A stretch of DNA of 20,000 bases from an uncultured virus (IMG/VR IMGVR_UViG_3300030380_004460) (taxonomy: Duplodnaviria > Heunggongvirae > Uroviricota > Caudoviricetes). Shown here in pieces: positions 1 to 8,865 of this stretch. The number at the start of each line of letters is the position of its first letter. The stretch's first letter is position 1. Where the stretch lies: IMG/VR virus record IMGVR_UViG_3300030380_004460; one strand, given 5' to 3'. Made by a program: the position numbers and the translations under genes. Below the pieces are notes generated by a model that worked only from the letters and a program-made list of their open reading frames with translations, had not been told where the DNA came from and ran no database searches.

Positions 1-727
1 GTTGAAAACCTTCAGACTTATTGATTTCATTAATTAAATAATCTTCACTATTAGATGGTGTATATCTTATTCCTAATCTATCACAAACAAAAAACAATAA
101 TTCTTTTGTAATTGTTGTATTTTTTCTTCTATCTACATCAAGTTGAACGTATTCTTTAGTTGACATTTCTTCTATTTCTTCCATAGTCTTATCTAAATCA
201 TTAACTGATATTTCAATACATTTTCTTCCAGTAGGTTCGTATGTTTGTTTGTCAAGGTATTGACTACCCGGCATCCTACGCATACAAGATACACTGTTAC
301 CTATACAATGTTCATCTAGTGTTGTAAGTGTATATTTCTTTTTAAGATGCATAAGAAAGTCTCTGATTGATTGTCTTTTTACTGATACTGGTAAATCTAC
401 TGGTTTTGGAAAATCAATGTTTAACTGAAATCCTCTACCACCTGTATAGTATATTCTAGGTTCTAAACCTCTAGGTTTACAAAATCTATTGTAAAGTTTT
501 TTCACATCCTTCAAACACTTGTTTACATCTTTGTTATGGTCAAAATCAAACCATATAGTGTTTATAACTGCACTATCGTAATTTACCTTTTTACCTTCTA
601 GCCCTGTAAATGTGTATACACTAACATAACAATTACGTTTACCGTTGAATTCGTCTAATGATGTTAGTAAATCTAACACTGTTTCGCAACGTCTTATTCT
701 GGCTGGGATTCCAAACTCTCTGAACAT
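1..727 (-). CDS. priS: Archaeo-eukaryotic primase small subunit (PriS-like), truncated at window edge
   Basis: Not in the ORF track; my translation from ATG 727 is open to position 2: MFREFGIPARIRR...NCYVSVY...TIWFDFDH (motif I DxD)...IYYTGGRGFQ (motif II)...CMRRMPGS (motif III region). Confidence 0.88.
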   Translation of the reverse strand, partial: MFREFGIPARIRRCETVLDLLTSLDEFNGKRNCYVSVYTFTGLEGKKVNYDSAVINTIWFDFDHNKDVNKCLKDVKKLYNRFCKPRGLEPRIYYTGGRGFQLNIDFPKPVDLPVSVKRQSIRDFLMHLKKKYTLTTLDEHCIGNSVSCMRRMPGSQYLDKQTYEPTGRKCIEISVNDLDKTMEEIEEMSTKEYVQLDVDRRKNTTITKELLFFVCDRLGIRYTPSNSEDYLINEINKSEGFQ

Positions 728-963
728 AACTCTTCCATTTCAATCACCCAAGAAGTAGGGATGCATATAAAATCTACGCCATCATAATCTGTATAATGGT
801 ATGTAACTATTATAGCTCTCTCATCTTGTGCTACTACCTCACCTACTGTTTCACAGTAACATAAGTGTTCACTTGGGTCCTCTACATTTATTTTTTTCAT
901 TCTCGTTTCATTTGTGGCATCTAACCACTTAACTTTCATCAATGGTCCGTATTTACCTAGCAT
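694..963 (-). CDS. Hypothetical small beta-rich phage protein (possible Sm/SH3-like fold)
   Basis: ORF track gives 694..978; the likelier start is MLGKYGP at 963, overlapping the upstream gene end. Pattern VKWLDA...CETVGEVV...IIV...IPTSWVIEMEEL. Confidence 0.7.
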   Translation of the reverse strand: MLGKYGPLMKVKWLDATNETRMKKINVEDPSEHLCYCETVGEVVAQDERAIIVTYHYTDYDGVDFICIPTSWVIEMEELCSESLESQPE

Positions 964-1291
964 CTTTCCATTCCTCAAACAGTTCAGCTACTGTATATAG
1001 GTCATCACTGTGTGTATAATACTTACAACTGGATGGTGTTTCATCTACAAATATTGCTTTCCTAGGTCTATCAAACAACAATCTGTCATATGGTATTTGA
1101 TGTACTTCTAACCACTGTTCTGTTTTTAACTTAGTTTCTAAATCGTTAAGTCTAGTAGACCATATTGTAATATGATGTCCTTGTTTCTTCAACCACTGCA
1201 TAAATTCAGTAACATTAGCTATAGGCCTTGACGCATTTATATCTGCGTGAGGTGTGCATATTACATCATCCATACCAAAGACTAAATTCAA
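953..1291 (-). CDS. HAD-superfamily (capless, phosphatase-like) protein with altered motif I
   Basis: LVFGMDDVIC (motif I-like), ITIWSTR (motif II), TEQWLEVHQIPYDRLLFDRP, IFVDE (motif IV-like); TTG start overlaps the glycosyltransferase stop. Confidence 0.75.
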   Translation of the reverse strand: MNLVFGMDDVICTPHADINASRPIANVTEFMQWLKKQGHHITIWSTRLNDLETKLKTEQWLEVHQIPYDRLLFDRPRKAIFVDETPSSCKYYTHSDDLYTVAELFEEWKDAR

Positions 1292-2646
1292 ACTTTCACC
1301 GTTTTCAACCAGTTAGTCCATTTAGGAGCAATAGAGTTATTCCAATCGTAGTGTTTTACTGCATATGCTCTTGCATTTTTACTGTGTTCTTCTAATACAT
1401 CTCGATTTTTATAATAGTGCTCGAACGCTTTAGCTGCTGCGTGTTCATCCCACATTGCTCGCATAGGCGCTGCTCTGATAGGAGTGTCCCACATCAAATC
1501 TTTGTAAGGCACTAAGAATCCTCTGTCTGATTCTATTAAGTTATCATCACCCTCTAAACCGTGCGGTAATAACATTTCTTCTGGGCATTCTGGTTTGTCT
1601 GCACCTACAATTTCGTAACTTGTAGTATAATTACATATTACGTTAGGTTTACCACAAGCCATTGCTTCTACTGTAGGTATACCAAATCCTTCACCACCTG
1701 TTGGTAATGCGTGAATATCCATCATATTATAGATATCTACCATACCTTTGTCGTCAGGGTGTTCGCCATTTTCCATATTACCCATAGTTGGTGGTATCAT
1801 ATAATCTTCAATACCATATACATTTTTAGCCATATGTTCTATTCTCCATCCCATATGGTCATTCCAATCCATATGTAGCAGTAACCTAGTGTCGTCAGGT
1901 GTCAAATTATTTTTTTCAACAAACAGTTTAAAAGACCTCATCAATCGTGGTATGTTCTTTCTGTGTTGATTTCTTGCCACGCACCCCACTACAAATGCGT
2001 CATTAGGTCTTGGTGCATCTATTGGTTTAAAAAAGTCGGTGTCTACACCGTGCGATATTACCGTAGATTTATAACCATCAAAATCAAACTCTAATACTTT
2101 CTGCCCATAATAAGACATAGCAATAGGATAGTCGACATCTTTTATTGTGTCATACCAGTGTGGCATAGACGGTTGACCATCTATAGGTATTATAGAAGCA
2201 ACCTTGTATTTACCTTTACCACCCATCTTGAATGCTTTTCTAGCTAACTTAACAAAGTCTGCTCTAGTTAACTTTTTACCATCATTATCTTCAAATGGTA
2301 TACTTACTGCACTTGTCTTCTTAGACTCTGTAACATATGCAAACATTTGTATATCTAAGTGTGTAAATATTAAATCTGGTTCAAACCCTTGCAACCAGTT
2401 AGGAAACGATTTTTCTCCAAACCTTTCTTGGCCCGGATATATCAAGGGTAATAATTCAAAAGAAACTGTTTTTTCTTCTTGACCAAGTGGCCAAGGAGTC
2501 TTCCACTCTGGAGTATGCTCTGTGTTTTGACATCCAGCATATCCAATCTCGTGTCCTTCAGATGCAAAAATACTTGCTATGTTTCTTGTGTTAGTTCCAA
2601 ACCCTGTGGGAGCCATAGGGCTGTCAGAAATAGGCATTATCTTCAT
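1288..2646 (-). CDS. GT-B fold glycosyltransferase (GT4 / Glycos_transf_1 family)
   Basis: N-terminal SDSPMAPTGFG; HGVDTDFFKP; VGCVARNQHRKN; EGFGIPTVEAMACGKP (EX7E motif). Confidence 0.93.
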   Translation of the reverse strand: MKIMPISDSPMAPTGFGTNTRNIASIFASEGHEIGYAGCQNTEHTPEWKTPWPLGQEEKTVSFELLPLIYPGQERFGEKSFPNWLQGFEPDLIFTHLDIQMFAYVTESKKTSAVSIPFEDNDGKKLTRADFVKLARKAFKMGGKGKYKVASIIPIDGQPSMPHWYDTIKDVDYPIAMSYYGQKVLEFDFDGYKSTVISHGVDTDFFKPIDAPRPNDAFVVGCVARNQHRKNIPRLMRSFKLFVEKNNLTPDDTRLLLHMDWNDHMGWRIEHMAKNVYGIEDYMIPPTMGNMENGEHPDDKGMVDIYNMMDIHALPTGGEGFGIPTVEAMACGKPNVICNYTTSYEIVGADKPECPEEMLLPHGLEGDDNLIESDRGFLVPYKDLMWDTPIRAAPMRAMWDEHAAAKAFEHYYKNRDVLEEHSKNARAYAVKHYDWNNSIAPKWTNWLKTVKV

Positions 2647-2654
2647 TCATTACC

Positions 2655-2849
2655 TCACTGCTTTATAGCTATAACGTCGTTCTTACTTACTATAACTGTA
2701 CCTTTTTCTCCAGTCAAATAAATAAAATTATCATCGTCATTCACTATACGTCCACGTCCGACTTTTGTCTTATCCTCTTCTCGCCATACGACCTTTACTT
2801 CTGCGTCTTTTAAGAAAGATGCCAGTTTTTTATCATTATCAGTTTCCAT
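2655..2849 (-). CDS. Small Sm/LSm/Hfq-like protein (putative)
   Basis: 64 aa; helix plus five-strand pattern VKVVW / GRIVNDDDNFIYL / VIVSKNDVIAI, resembling Sm1/Sm2 spacing; SD GAGGTG upstream. Confidence 0.55.
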   Translation of the reverse strand: METDNDKKLASFLKDAEVKVVWREEDKTKVGRGRIVNDDDNFIYLTGEKGTVIVSKNDVIAIKQ

Positions 2850-2878
2850 TTGATACCACCTCGGTATACATAAATATA

Positions 2879-3319
2879 CTAATCCATCGTATTTAAAGGT
2901 TCTGCTGTCTTAAATTGATGCAGCGGAATAAATGCATAATGATTTAACTCTACTGCTCCTCTGTCAGTTCTAGCGTTGTAACCTAACTTAAAATCAGCAT
3001 TAGACATATCTAAGTAACATATACCATTTGTAAAAGATATTACAAAAAATACTTTGTTACCCATACCAATCAATTCTATTGCCTTTGCAACTTTAGATGC
3101 TGGCACTATAGTTTCTTCATATGCGTCTTTAGATATTCTTCTTGACTTGATTTCGACATAACACTGTTTGCCATTTCTATATCCAAGATAATCAAAGTGG
3201 TCAAACTTTCCCAGCTTTTCAAATCCTTTCCCTAACTCATCACCAATATGTTTGATGACCATTTTTTCACGACCAATTCCCCAGTCGTAATCTTTCTTTA
3301 CGTTTACTCTTTTTTTCAC
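2879..3319 (-). CDS. PD-(D/E)XK nuclease-family protein
   Basis: E...FDYLG...YVEIKSR catalytic pattern; probable start is GTG 3319 with SD GGTGAT (the ORF track extends it to 3379). Confidence 0.75.
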   Translation of the reverse strand: MKKRVNVKKDYDWGIGREKMVIKHIGDELGKGFEKLGKFDHFDYLGYRNGKQCYVEIKSRRISKDAYEETIVPASKVAKAIELIGMGNKVFFVISFTNGICYLDMSNADFKLGYNARTDRGAVELNHYAFIPLHQFKTAEPLNTMD

Positions 3320-3399
3320 GATATCACCACTACAAACCCAAAAAATATAGCTATAATAAAAGCTATCAATAACATCCATTCTGCTTCATTTAGAAACAT
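3316..3399 (-). CDS. 27-aa single-pass membrane micropeptide
   Basis: MFLNEAEWMLLIAFIIAIFFGFVVVIS*; fills the gap exactly and its TGA overlaps the GTG of the nuclease (GTGA). Confidence 0.6.
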   Translation of the reverse strand: MFLNEAEWMLLIAFIIAIFFGFVVVIS

Positions 3400-3541
3400 A
3401 TTTATCTACTTCCCCCCAATCTGTGACGTGACATTCAGGACATCCCCATCCATTAAGGATACCAAAAGCACCTTCATACTTTTTCTTAAACATTACACAG
3501 TTACACGTTTTACAGACTGGAATAGCTTTTATTTTTTTCAT
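3386..3541 (-). CDS. Small zinc-ribbon protein (51 aa)
   Basis: MKKIKAIPVCKTC...GCPECH; ATG 3541 overlaps the polB stop (ATGA). Confidence 0.7.
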   Translation of the reverse strand: MKKIKAIPVCKTCNCVMFKKKYEGAFGILNGWGCPECHVTDWGEVDKYVSK

Positions 3542-5766
3542 ACAAACTCCAATAAACTCTTTTGATTTCGGTCTACAACTGTTAGGTTTGGCTTCTTTCG
3601 AACCCAAGAGTCTAAACTAAACTTTTTCAAAAGGTTGTTAATAATATCCCAGTGATACTTTATATCTATTTCGCCGAGAGACTCAACAGTTTCTTCTACT
3701 TTGTAACCTTCTTTAGTTTTGTAGTAATAGAATGTAGTGCCGGGTCCTGTACGCATACCAAGTTGTTTACCTTGTTTAGCAAGTTGTACTATCAAATCAT
3801 TTTCACCAACATAATCTTCTATGTTTCTATTCATAGCTCTAGTCTGTAAAAAGTCTTCAAGAACAAAGTTATCAAAGTCATACAAATCCTCTACAAAGTC
3901 AGCGTTAACAACGTTGTCTAACCGTGCCATTGTTATCTTTTTAAGCACCTTCAAGTAAAACGGTGACCTTGTTTTTGCCTTGAAAGTAGAACCGTGTTTA
4001 GTTAAACTACCGTCTTCATTTCGTAATACATAGTTACCTATCTGTAACCACACACCCTCTTTGAAAACATCTTTATCTACTCTAACCCATTCCGGTTCAC
4101 TACCTGTAAAAAAGCTTTCAACACCTTTCTGTAATTGTTTGTTAATCCAATCTGTATCTATATCTTTGTTTGTATTGATACCGTCAGTGTGTATGTACAC
4201 AACTGAGTTTTCACCATACTTCATTTCAATAAGTTTCTTTGCTCCCATTATCAACCAACGAGCAACTCCGGTGATTGCAATACCTACAGATATATCTCCA
4301 TATGTCATATACGGATTAGTATTAGCACCGTAGAATGTATTGACCATAATCTTAATACCGTTCGATTTACTCTTAGCTTCGTGAGTCTTTAGTTTCTTAA
4401 ATGGTTTACGTATGTTGTTAAAGTTCTTACACATAGTATACAAACCAGATTTAAATGACTGGTCTACTCTTATAATTACATTTTTATTGATAACGTTATC
4501 TGGTATAGTAAGATACATAGCATTCTGTTTAAATGTACAATTAAACGCACTGATGTCATAATCTTCATATCCTTCTATTGTGGTAGTATCAGGGCCTAAA
4601 TTTAAAGTCATAGCAATACTAGGATACATAGATGCAAAATCTACTTTGTAGTTTTCTTTATGAAAACCCGGCAGATACAAGTCTATATGTGCTGCTTGAA
4701 AACTTTTATTCTCTGGATATCTATCTATATTTTTATCTATGGTTAATATATTCTTTTTATATAAATCTCTACCTTGCAATATTTTAGTTATAAACGAATC
4801 TGCTGAGTTTATATACAACTCCAACGGAACTCCTAATGTCTCAGCAATATAACAGTGTTGTACAAAGTAGTGTTCAAACAACCATTTAGTAATATCACAG
4901 TCGCTCAACACATACTCATTAACTGTTTCTATATCGTAATCAAGAATGTCTTTTTCACTAAAATCTAACTCAATAGGGTCGTGACCATAAAATCTTGCAA
5001 CATCTTTTAATCTCTTTCGAATACCCGCTAATGCGTAGTCCCTACTTGTAAAGTTGTAAACATCAATAATAACTCTACCCCACGTTTGTATTCTTGTTTT
5101 CTTGTGATAAGAAAAGTCAGTCTCCCATCCGAATGATGAGTTGTTCTCTCTATTCAACTTAGGTTTTAAGTTGATACCGTGTTTACCAGCTCGAGCAAAC
5201 AGTTGTGGGATATCGTATCCAATCAAGTTGTAACCATATAATATATCTGGGTCGTAATCGTTGATGAAGTCAGCAAACTTTTCTATTATCTCTTTATCAC
5301 TTTCACCGTCCCATAGTAATGATTCTCTATGTCCATCGCTTGTGACGTATCCTATAGCTACGATTGGGTGTTTATCACCTAACGGAAACGAACCATCAGC
5401 AGACGTTACTTCTAAATCAAACCCTAAAGACTTAACATTTTCTTGAGGGTATCCATTGAAAAATTCAGGTTTCTCAATGCAAATCCTCTCTATCTCGTTG
5501 TTTGTAACACCATCTAACTTAGCGTATGACGGTATTGTCTCAGGATGTAACTCTTTCGCATTGTTAACATACTTCTTTGTGTACTTTCTATTCTCGTGGC
5601 CTAAAACTTTGTACTCTTCTCCATCTTTATCAGGTATGTAATAATGATGGTCTCTTGGTGACTTGACTATTCTTTTTTCGCCGTTAACCCAAACAATAAT
5701 TTGTTGTTCTCCCGTCATTCTGTTGACGGTATGATTGCTACTCATAGCAATCAAAGGTATTTTCAT
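3538..5766 (-). CDS. polB: Family B DNA polymerase with 3'-5' exonuclease and C-terminal PIP box
   Basis: ExoI FDLE, ExoII GYNLIGYDIPQL, ExoIII YVLSD; polymerase motifs VDFASMYPSI, KIMVNTFYG, YIHTDG; C-terminus QKSLLEFV. Confidence 0.97.
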   Translation of the reverse strand: MKIPLIAMSSNHTVNRMTGEQQIIVWVNGEKRIVKSPRDHHYYIPDKDGEEYKVLGHENRKYTKKYVNNAKELHPETIPSYAKLDGVTNNEIERICIEKPEFFNGYPQENVKSLGFDLEVTSADGSFPLGDKHPIVAIGYVTSDGHRESLLWDGESDKEIIEKFADFINDYDPDILYGYNLIGYDIPQLFARAGKHGINLKPKLNRENNSSFGWETDFSYHKKTRIQTWGRVIIDVYNFTSRDYALAGIRKRLKDVARFYGHDPIELDFSEKDILDYDIETVNEYVLSDCDITKWLFEHYFVQHCYIAETLGVPLELYINSADSFITKILQGRDLYKKNILTIDKNIDRYPENKSFQAAHIDLYLPGFHKENYKVDFASMYPSIAMTLNLGPDTTTIEGYEDYDISAFNCTFKQNAMYLTIPDNVINKNVIIRVDQSFKSGLYTMCKNFNNIRKPFKKLKTHEAKSKSNGIKIMVNTFYGANTNPYMTYGDISVGIAITGVARWLIMGAKKLIEMKYGENSVVYIHTDGINTNKDIDTDWINKQLQKGVESFFTGSEPEWVRVDKDVFKEGVWLQIGNYVLRNEDGSLTKHGSTFKAKTRSPFYLKVLKKITMARLDNVVNADFVEDLYDFDNFVLEDFLQTRAMNRNIEDYVGENDLIVQLAKQGKQLGMRTGPGTTFYYYKTKEGYKVEETVESLGEIDIKYHWDIINNLLKKFSLDSWVRKKPNLTVVDRNQKSLLEFV

Positions 5767-6038
5767 CCTAGCGGCCCCTTACTATTCTGTGGTAAGTCAT
5801 CATCATCTCCGTCTACCGTAGGTAGTATGCTAATTAAATCCACTGCCTCTTCTATACTCAACGACCATACCTTATGCATAATATGTTGTTCTGTAGGTTG
5901 CGCTCCCATAATAACAGGAGCAGTCTCTTCTGCTTTTTTCTTATGATGTATTGCGCATCCTCTCAGCAAATCTAACCACTGTTCTCGGTTTATTGCTTGT
6001 CTGTTCTTTTCTAAATCTTTCATTTCTTCTTCTGTCAT
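5763..6038 (-). CDS. Hypothetical protein
   Basis: 91-aa ORF with 4-nt overlaps at both ends. Confidence 0.75.
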   Translation of the reverse strand: MTEEEMKDLEKNRQAINREQWLDLLRGCAIHHKKKAEETAPVIMGAQPTEQHIMHKVWSLSIEEAVDLISILPTVDGDDDDLPQNSKGPLG

Positions 6039-6310
6039 CTCAAAAACTCCGGTACTTTATCTTTTATTCTATTTGCTTGTGTCTTAGTATATCTAAAAAC
6101 AACGTCGCCTTTAGTGTCCTCTTGTACAGTCCACTTCTTAACTATCACTAAATCTCCAACTCTCACCCATACTTTCTTTTTCATCTTTCCTACAATACGG
6201 CACATTCTATTTTTTTCATCTTCACAGATTACTGTTGCTCTAGCTGCGCCATTCATTTCCCTAACCACACCAAACATTTCACCTCTTGGTGCGTAGGGTA
6301 GTTTATTCAT
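6035..6310 (-). CDS. eif1a: Archaeal translation initiation factor aIF-1A (eIF1A homolog, OB fold)
   Basis: GEMFGVVREMNG...VICEDEKNRMCRIVGKMKKKVWVRVGDLVIVKKW...KGDVVFRYTKTQ matches the aIF-1A/eIF1A consensus; start ATG 6310 after GGTGG. Confidence 0.93.
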   Translation of the reverse strand: MNKLPYAPRGEMFGVVREMNGAARATVICEDEKNRMCRIVGKMKKKVWVRVGDLVIVKKWTVQEDTKGDVVFRYTKTQANRIKDKVPEFLR

Positions 6311-7682
6311 ACCAACCACCGTAGTCTATATCGTCAGTCTTAACTTCTACTGCTGGTAAATCAGCAGCTAAAACGTGTTTTGTATTATCAAATGGGTTAA
6401 TTACTTCAACTTCTGTGCAGTAGTTACGAATGTATTCTTCTGCAATTTCTGGCCAAGTTTGTCTCATCAAATCAGCAGTACCACGCATCAACTCTCCCCA
6501 ATCAATTTTTGTACTTGGTTCTCTTACTAATGCTGACTTAAAGTATGTTATTTTCTTATCTTCTTCTTCTTGTTCTAAAAATCCTAACATAACTAAAGAC
6601 GTAAGTAAAGGATTGATGTTCTTCTGAGCAAACGGCAACCCAGCTTGACGTGCAGCTTGTTGTATCTCTTTCTTAGTCATCTTGATTACTTCTGCTGTAA
6701 CCATACCAAACTTATCTATCTCTGTGTCAGGTATCAGTTTAAGTATATCTGTACCGTGTGATGGCATCTGTAAACATTCTGTCACAAACGTGTCAATGTA
6801 AATTTGTGTTGCTAGCCAATTATGTTTAGGTGTTATCAACCCATACTGCACACCGTCTCTTTCTACTCTAACTAACTCGCCGGGGTAGAATCTAGCAACT
6901 GCATTGATTAACTTAAGATAGTAATGAACTTTACTTCTAGCTATAGGAAATAATGTTGGTATCAAATCATACAAGAAAGGAGCACAAGGATTTCTTACTT
7001 TAACACCCTTACTGTCATCCCTTTCTATAATACAATTAGCAATATGTTTTTTTAGTGCTTCTATCTCTTCATCTTCCATAGTAACTAAATCTTCGTGTGG
7101 TTTAGCAAAAGTATCTAGTTTGTACTTAATAACATCTTCAGTTTGTTTTACTGTAGGATTTGTATGTGTTACCATATACCTACGTTCTAACTCAGCATCT
7201 AAGAATGCATCACCTCTTTTATTCTCTACTGCCTTACAGACAAACACAAACTTAGGGTGTAACACTTGTTCTCTAACATCTTGTATGGTCACATCAGTTC
7301 TCTTTCTAACTGCTGCCCTATCATCTGCCCACGTTTTTAATATCTCAATAATAGCTTCTGGACATTTCTGTGCTTCAGGTATTGCAAGGAATCTTGATGA
7401 ATTTATTCTATCCATATCATACCACAGTGCTGTTTCAGACATTTGTTCTACAACAGTATATGGTATACCTGTACCTTCTAGTAAGTTAAACACAGCATTC
7501 ATAATAACAGTTTTACCTGTACCACTGTATGCATTAATCATAAAATTAGTGTCTTCTAGTAAGTAAGACAGTGCTGCAGTTACAGCAAGTTTGTCTTCAC
7601 CTATGATAGGGACGTGTTCGCCCTTTTCATTCCTTACGTTATGAAAATACCTAACTAAATCGGTAAGTTCAAACTGGCTCAA
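6303..7682 (-). CDS. AAA+ ATPase / MCM-like helicase with C-terminal winged helix
   Basis: Walker A AYSGTGKT, SETALWY, Walker B-like FLAIPE, Arg finger ELERRY; wHTH-like MTKKEIQQ...LTSLVMLGFLEQ. Confidence 0.75.
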   Translation of the reverse strand: MSQFELTDLVRYFHNVRNEKGEHVPIIGEDKLAVTAALSYLLEDTNFMINAYSGTGKTVIMNAVFNLLEGTGIPYTVVEQMSETALWYDMDRINSSRFLAIPEAQKCPEAIIEILKTWADDRAAVRKRTDVTIQDVREQVLHPKFVFVCKAVENKRGDAFLDAELERRYMVTHTNPTVKQTEDVIKYKLDTFAKPHEDLVTMEDEEIEALKKHIANCIIERDDSKGVKVRNPCAPFLYDLIPTLFPIARSKVHYYLKLINAVARFYPGELVRVERDGVQYGLITPKHNWLATQIYIDTFVTECLQMPSHGTDILKLIPDTEIDKFGMVTAEVIKMTKKEIQQAARQAGLPFAQKNINPLLTSLVMLGFLEQEEEDKKITYFKSALVREPSTKIDWGELMRGTADLMRQTWPEIAEEYIRNYCTEVEVINPFDNTKHVLAADLPAVEVKTDDIDYGGWYE

Positions 7683-8362
7683 TTCCTAAACTCCTTTGCT
7701 TTTTTCAAGTCAATCACTCCATTTTCTAATAATCTAATCGCAAATTTCTTTGCTTCTTTATCATCAACGTTTGATATCTCTTTAATCTTTAAGAATAAAT
7801 CAATCAAACTGATGGGGTGACCGTCTAAGTCAACCAACTTAATGACTAACTCTTCAGGCACTACCCATCTAAAATCTCTCACTATGTTCTGAAATGCATT
7901 TAGCGGAGAGGGTCTAAATACTTCTTTGACAAACATATCTTCACTGCTTTTCTTGATACTATATCCAGAAACTTTGTTACCTGATAAATTAGTTATCTTA
8001 GTTTTTGATATTTCAAATACTAAATCACAAGGATTAATATTATCATCAAGCAGGTCAGAGAAGATATTCTGTATAAGTGTGTGAGATGAAAGGTTTACAC
8101 TACTCATATACTTGATAGTTGAATCTCCACGTTCTATGAATATTCCATATGTGTAGTCATTTACTTTCATTATACCGTTATCACAGTATACACACTTACC
8201 AGTTCTCTCAGCCCAACAGTCTACTCTTTTGTTTTTACTTTGCACATAGTGTTTCACTCTATGCAAAGGATTAACAAACGCAAACTGTGCCAGAGCAGTC
8301 ATTGAGTCTTGTAACCAGACTCTCTCGCTTCTGTTAGACTGTATCCAATCACTAAAGCTCAA
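7679..8362 (-). CDS. Putative gp32-like zinc-binding ssDNA-binding protein
   Basis: KHYV...VDC-x7-CVYC metal motif within a beta-rich (OB-like) region; lies directly upstream of the helicase. Confidence 0.55.
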   Translation of the reverse strand: MSFSDWIQSNRSERVWLQDSMTALAQFAFVNPLHRVKHYVQSKNKRVDCWAERTGKCVYCDNGIMKVNDYTYGIFIERGDSTIKYMSSVNLSSHTLIQNIFSDLLDDNINPCDLVFEISKTKITNLSGNKVSGYSIKKSSEDMFVKEVFRPSPLNAFQNIVRDFRWVVPEELVIKLVDLDGHPISLIDLFLKIKEISNVDDKEAKKFAIRLLENGVIDLKKAKEFRN

Positions 8363-8364
8363 TT

Positions 8365-8565
8365 TTAATCTTGAGACTGTTGTTGATTGCCTTTGTCGTA
8401 TAGTCTGAAATACGGTTTGTTACTACCTTCTTCCCAGTATGAGTTACGGAACATTACTACTTCTTTACCATCTTTGGTTTTACCGGAGTAGTATATCTCG
8501 CCTTTTTTGCTCTCATTACGGAACAGGCCAACCATTTCTTCCAATTTGTTGTTATTTTGTGGCAT
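8365..8565 (-). CDS. DUF736-like / small ssDNA-binding-like protein
   Basis: VGLFRNESKKGEIYYSG...VMFRN...KPYFRLY pattern; SD GGAGGT and its own TATA box. Confidence 0.6.
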   Translation of the reverse strand: MPQNNNKLEEMVGLFRNESKKGEIYYSGKTKDGKEVVMFRNSYWEEGSNKPYFRLYDKGNQQQSQD

Positions 8566-8597
8566 TTCTTTACCTCCATTTGGACCAGCTTTACTAC

Positions 8598-8609
8598 TAT
8601 ATAAAGCCT
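8598..8609 (-). promoter_or_regulatory. Archaeal TATA-box promoter of the replication operon
   Basis: AGGCTTTATATA about 33 nt upstream of ATG 8565; the same 12-mer occurs at 19596-19607. Confidence 0.7.
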
Positions 8610-8865
8610 ACGCCCTCACTAAACGACCCGTTTTAGGGTCGAGTCTAAGCGGATTACCAGCTGACTCAGCTATCTGTATAGTTGCTTCGTAAGCTTCTGA
8701 TATATTGTCTATAATTGGTTTGATAGAAAATAAACAGTCTCCGCAATACCATTTAGTATTTATTATTTTAGCGTATCTTGCAAAGGGTTTCATATCACCC
8801 TCTGCTATTTTACAATTACACCATTGGCATTTACCAAGTGTAACTCCATCTCTAGCGCCTCGCAT
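8608..8865 (-). CDS. Zinc-finger protein
   Basis: CQWC...CGDC. Confidence 0.7.
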   Translation of the reverse strand: MRGARDGVTLGKCQWCNCKIAEGDMKPFARYAKIINTKWYCGDCLFSIKPIIDNISEAYEATIQIAESAGNPLRLDPKTGRLVRA

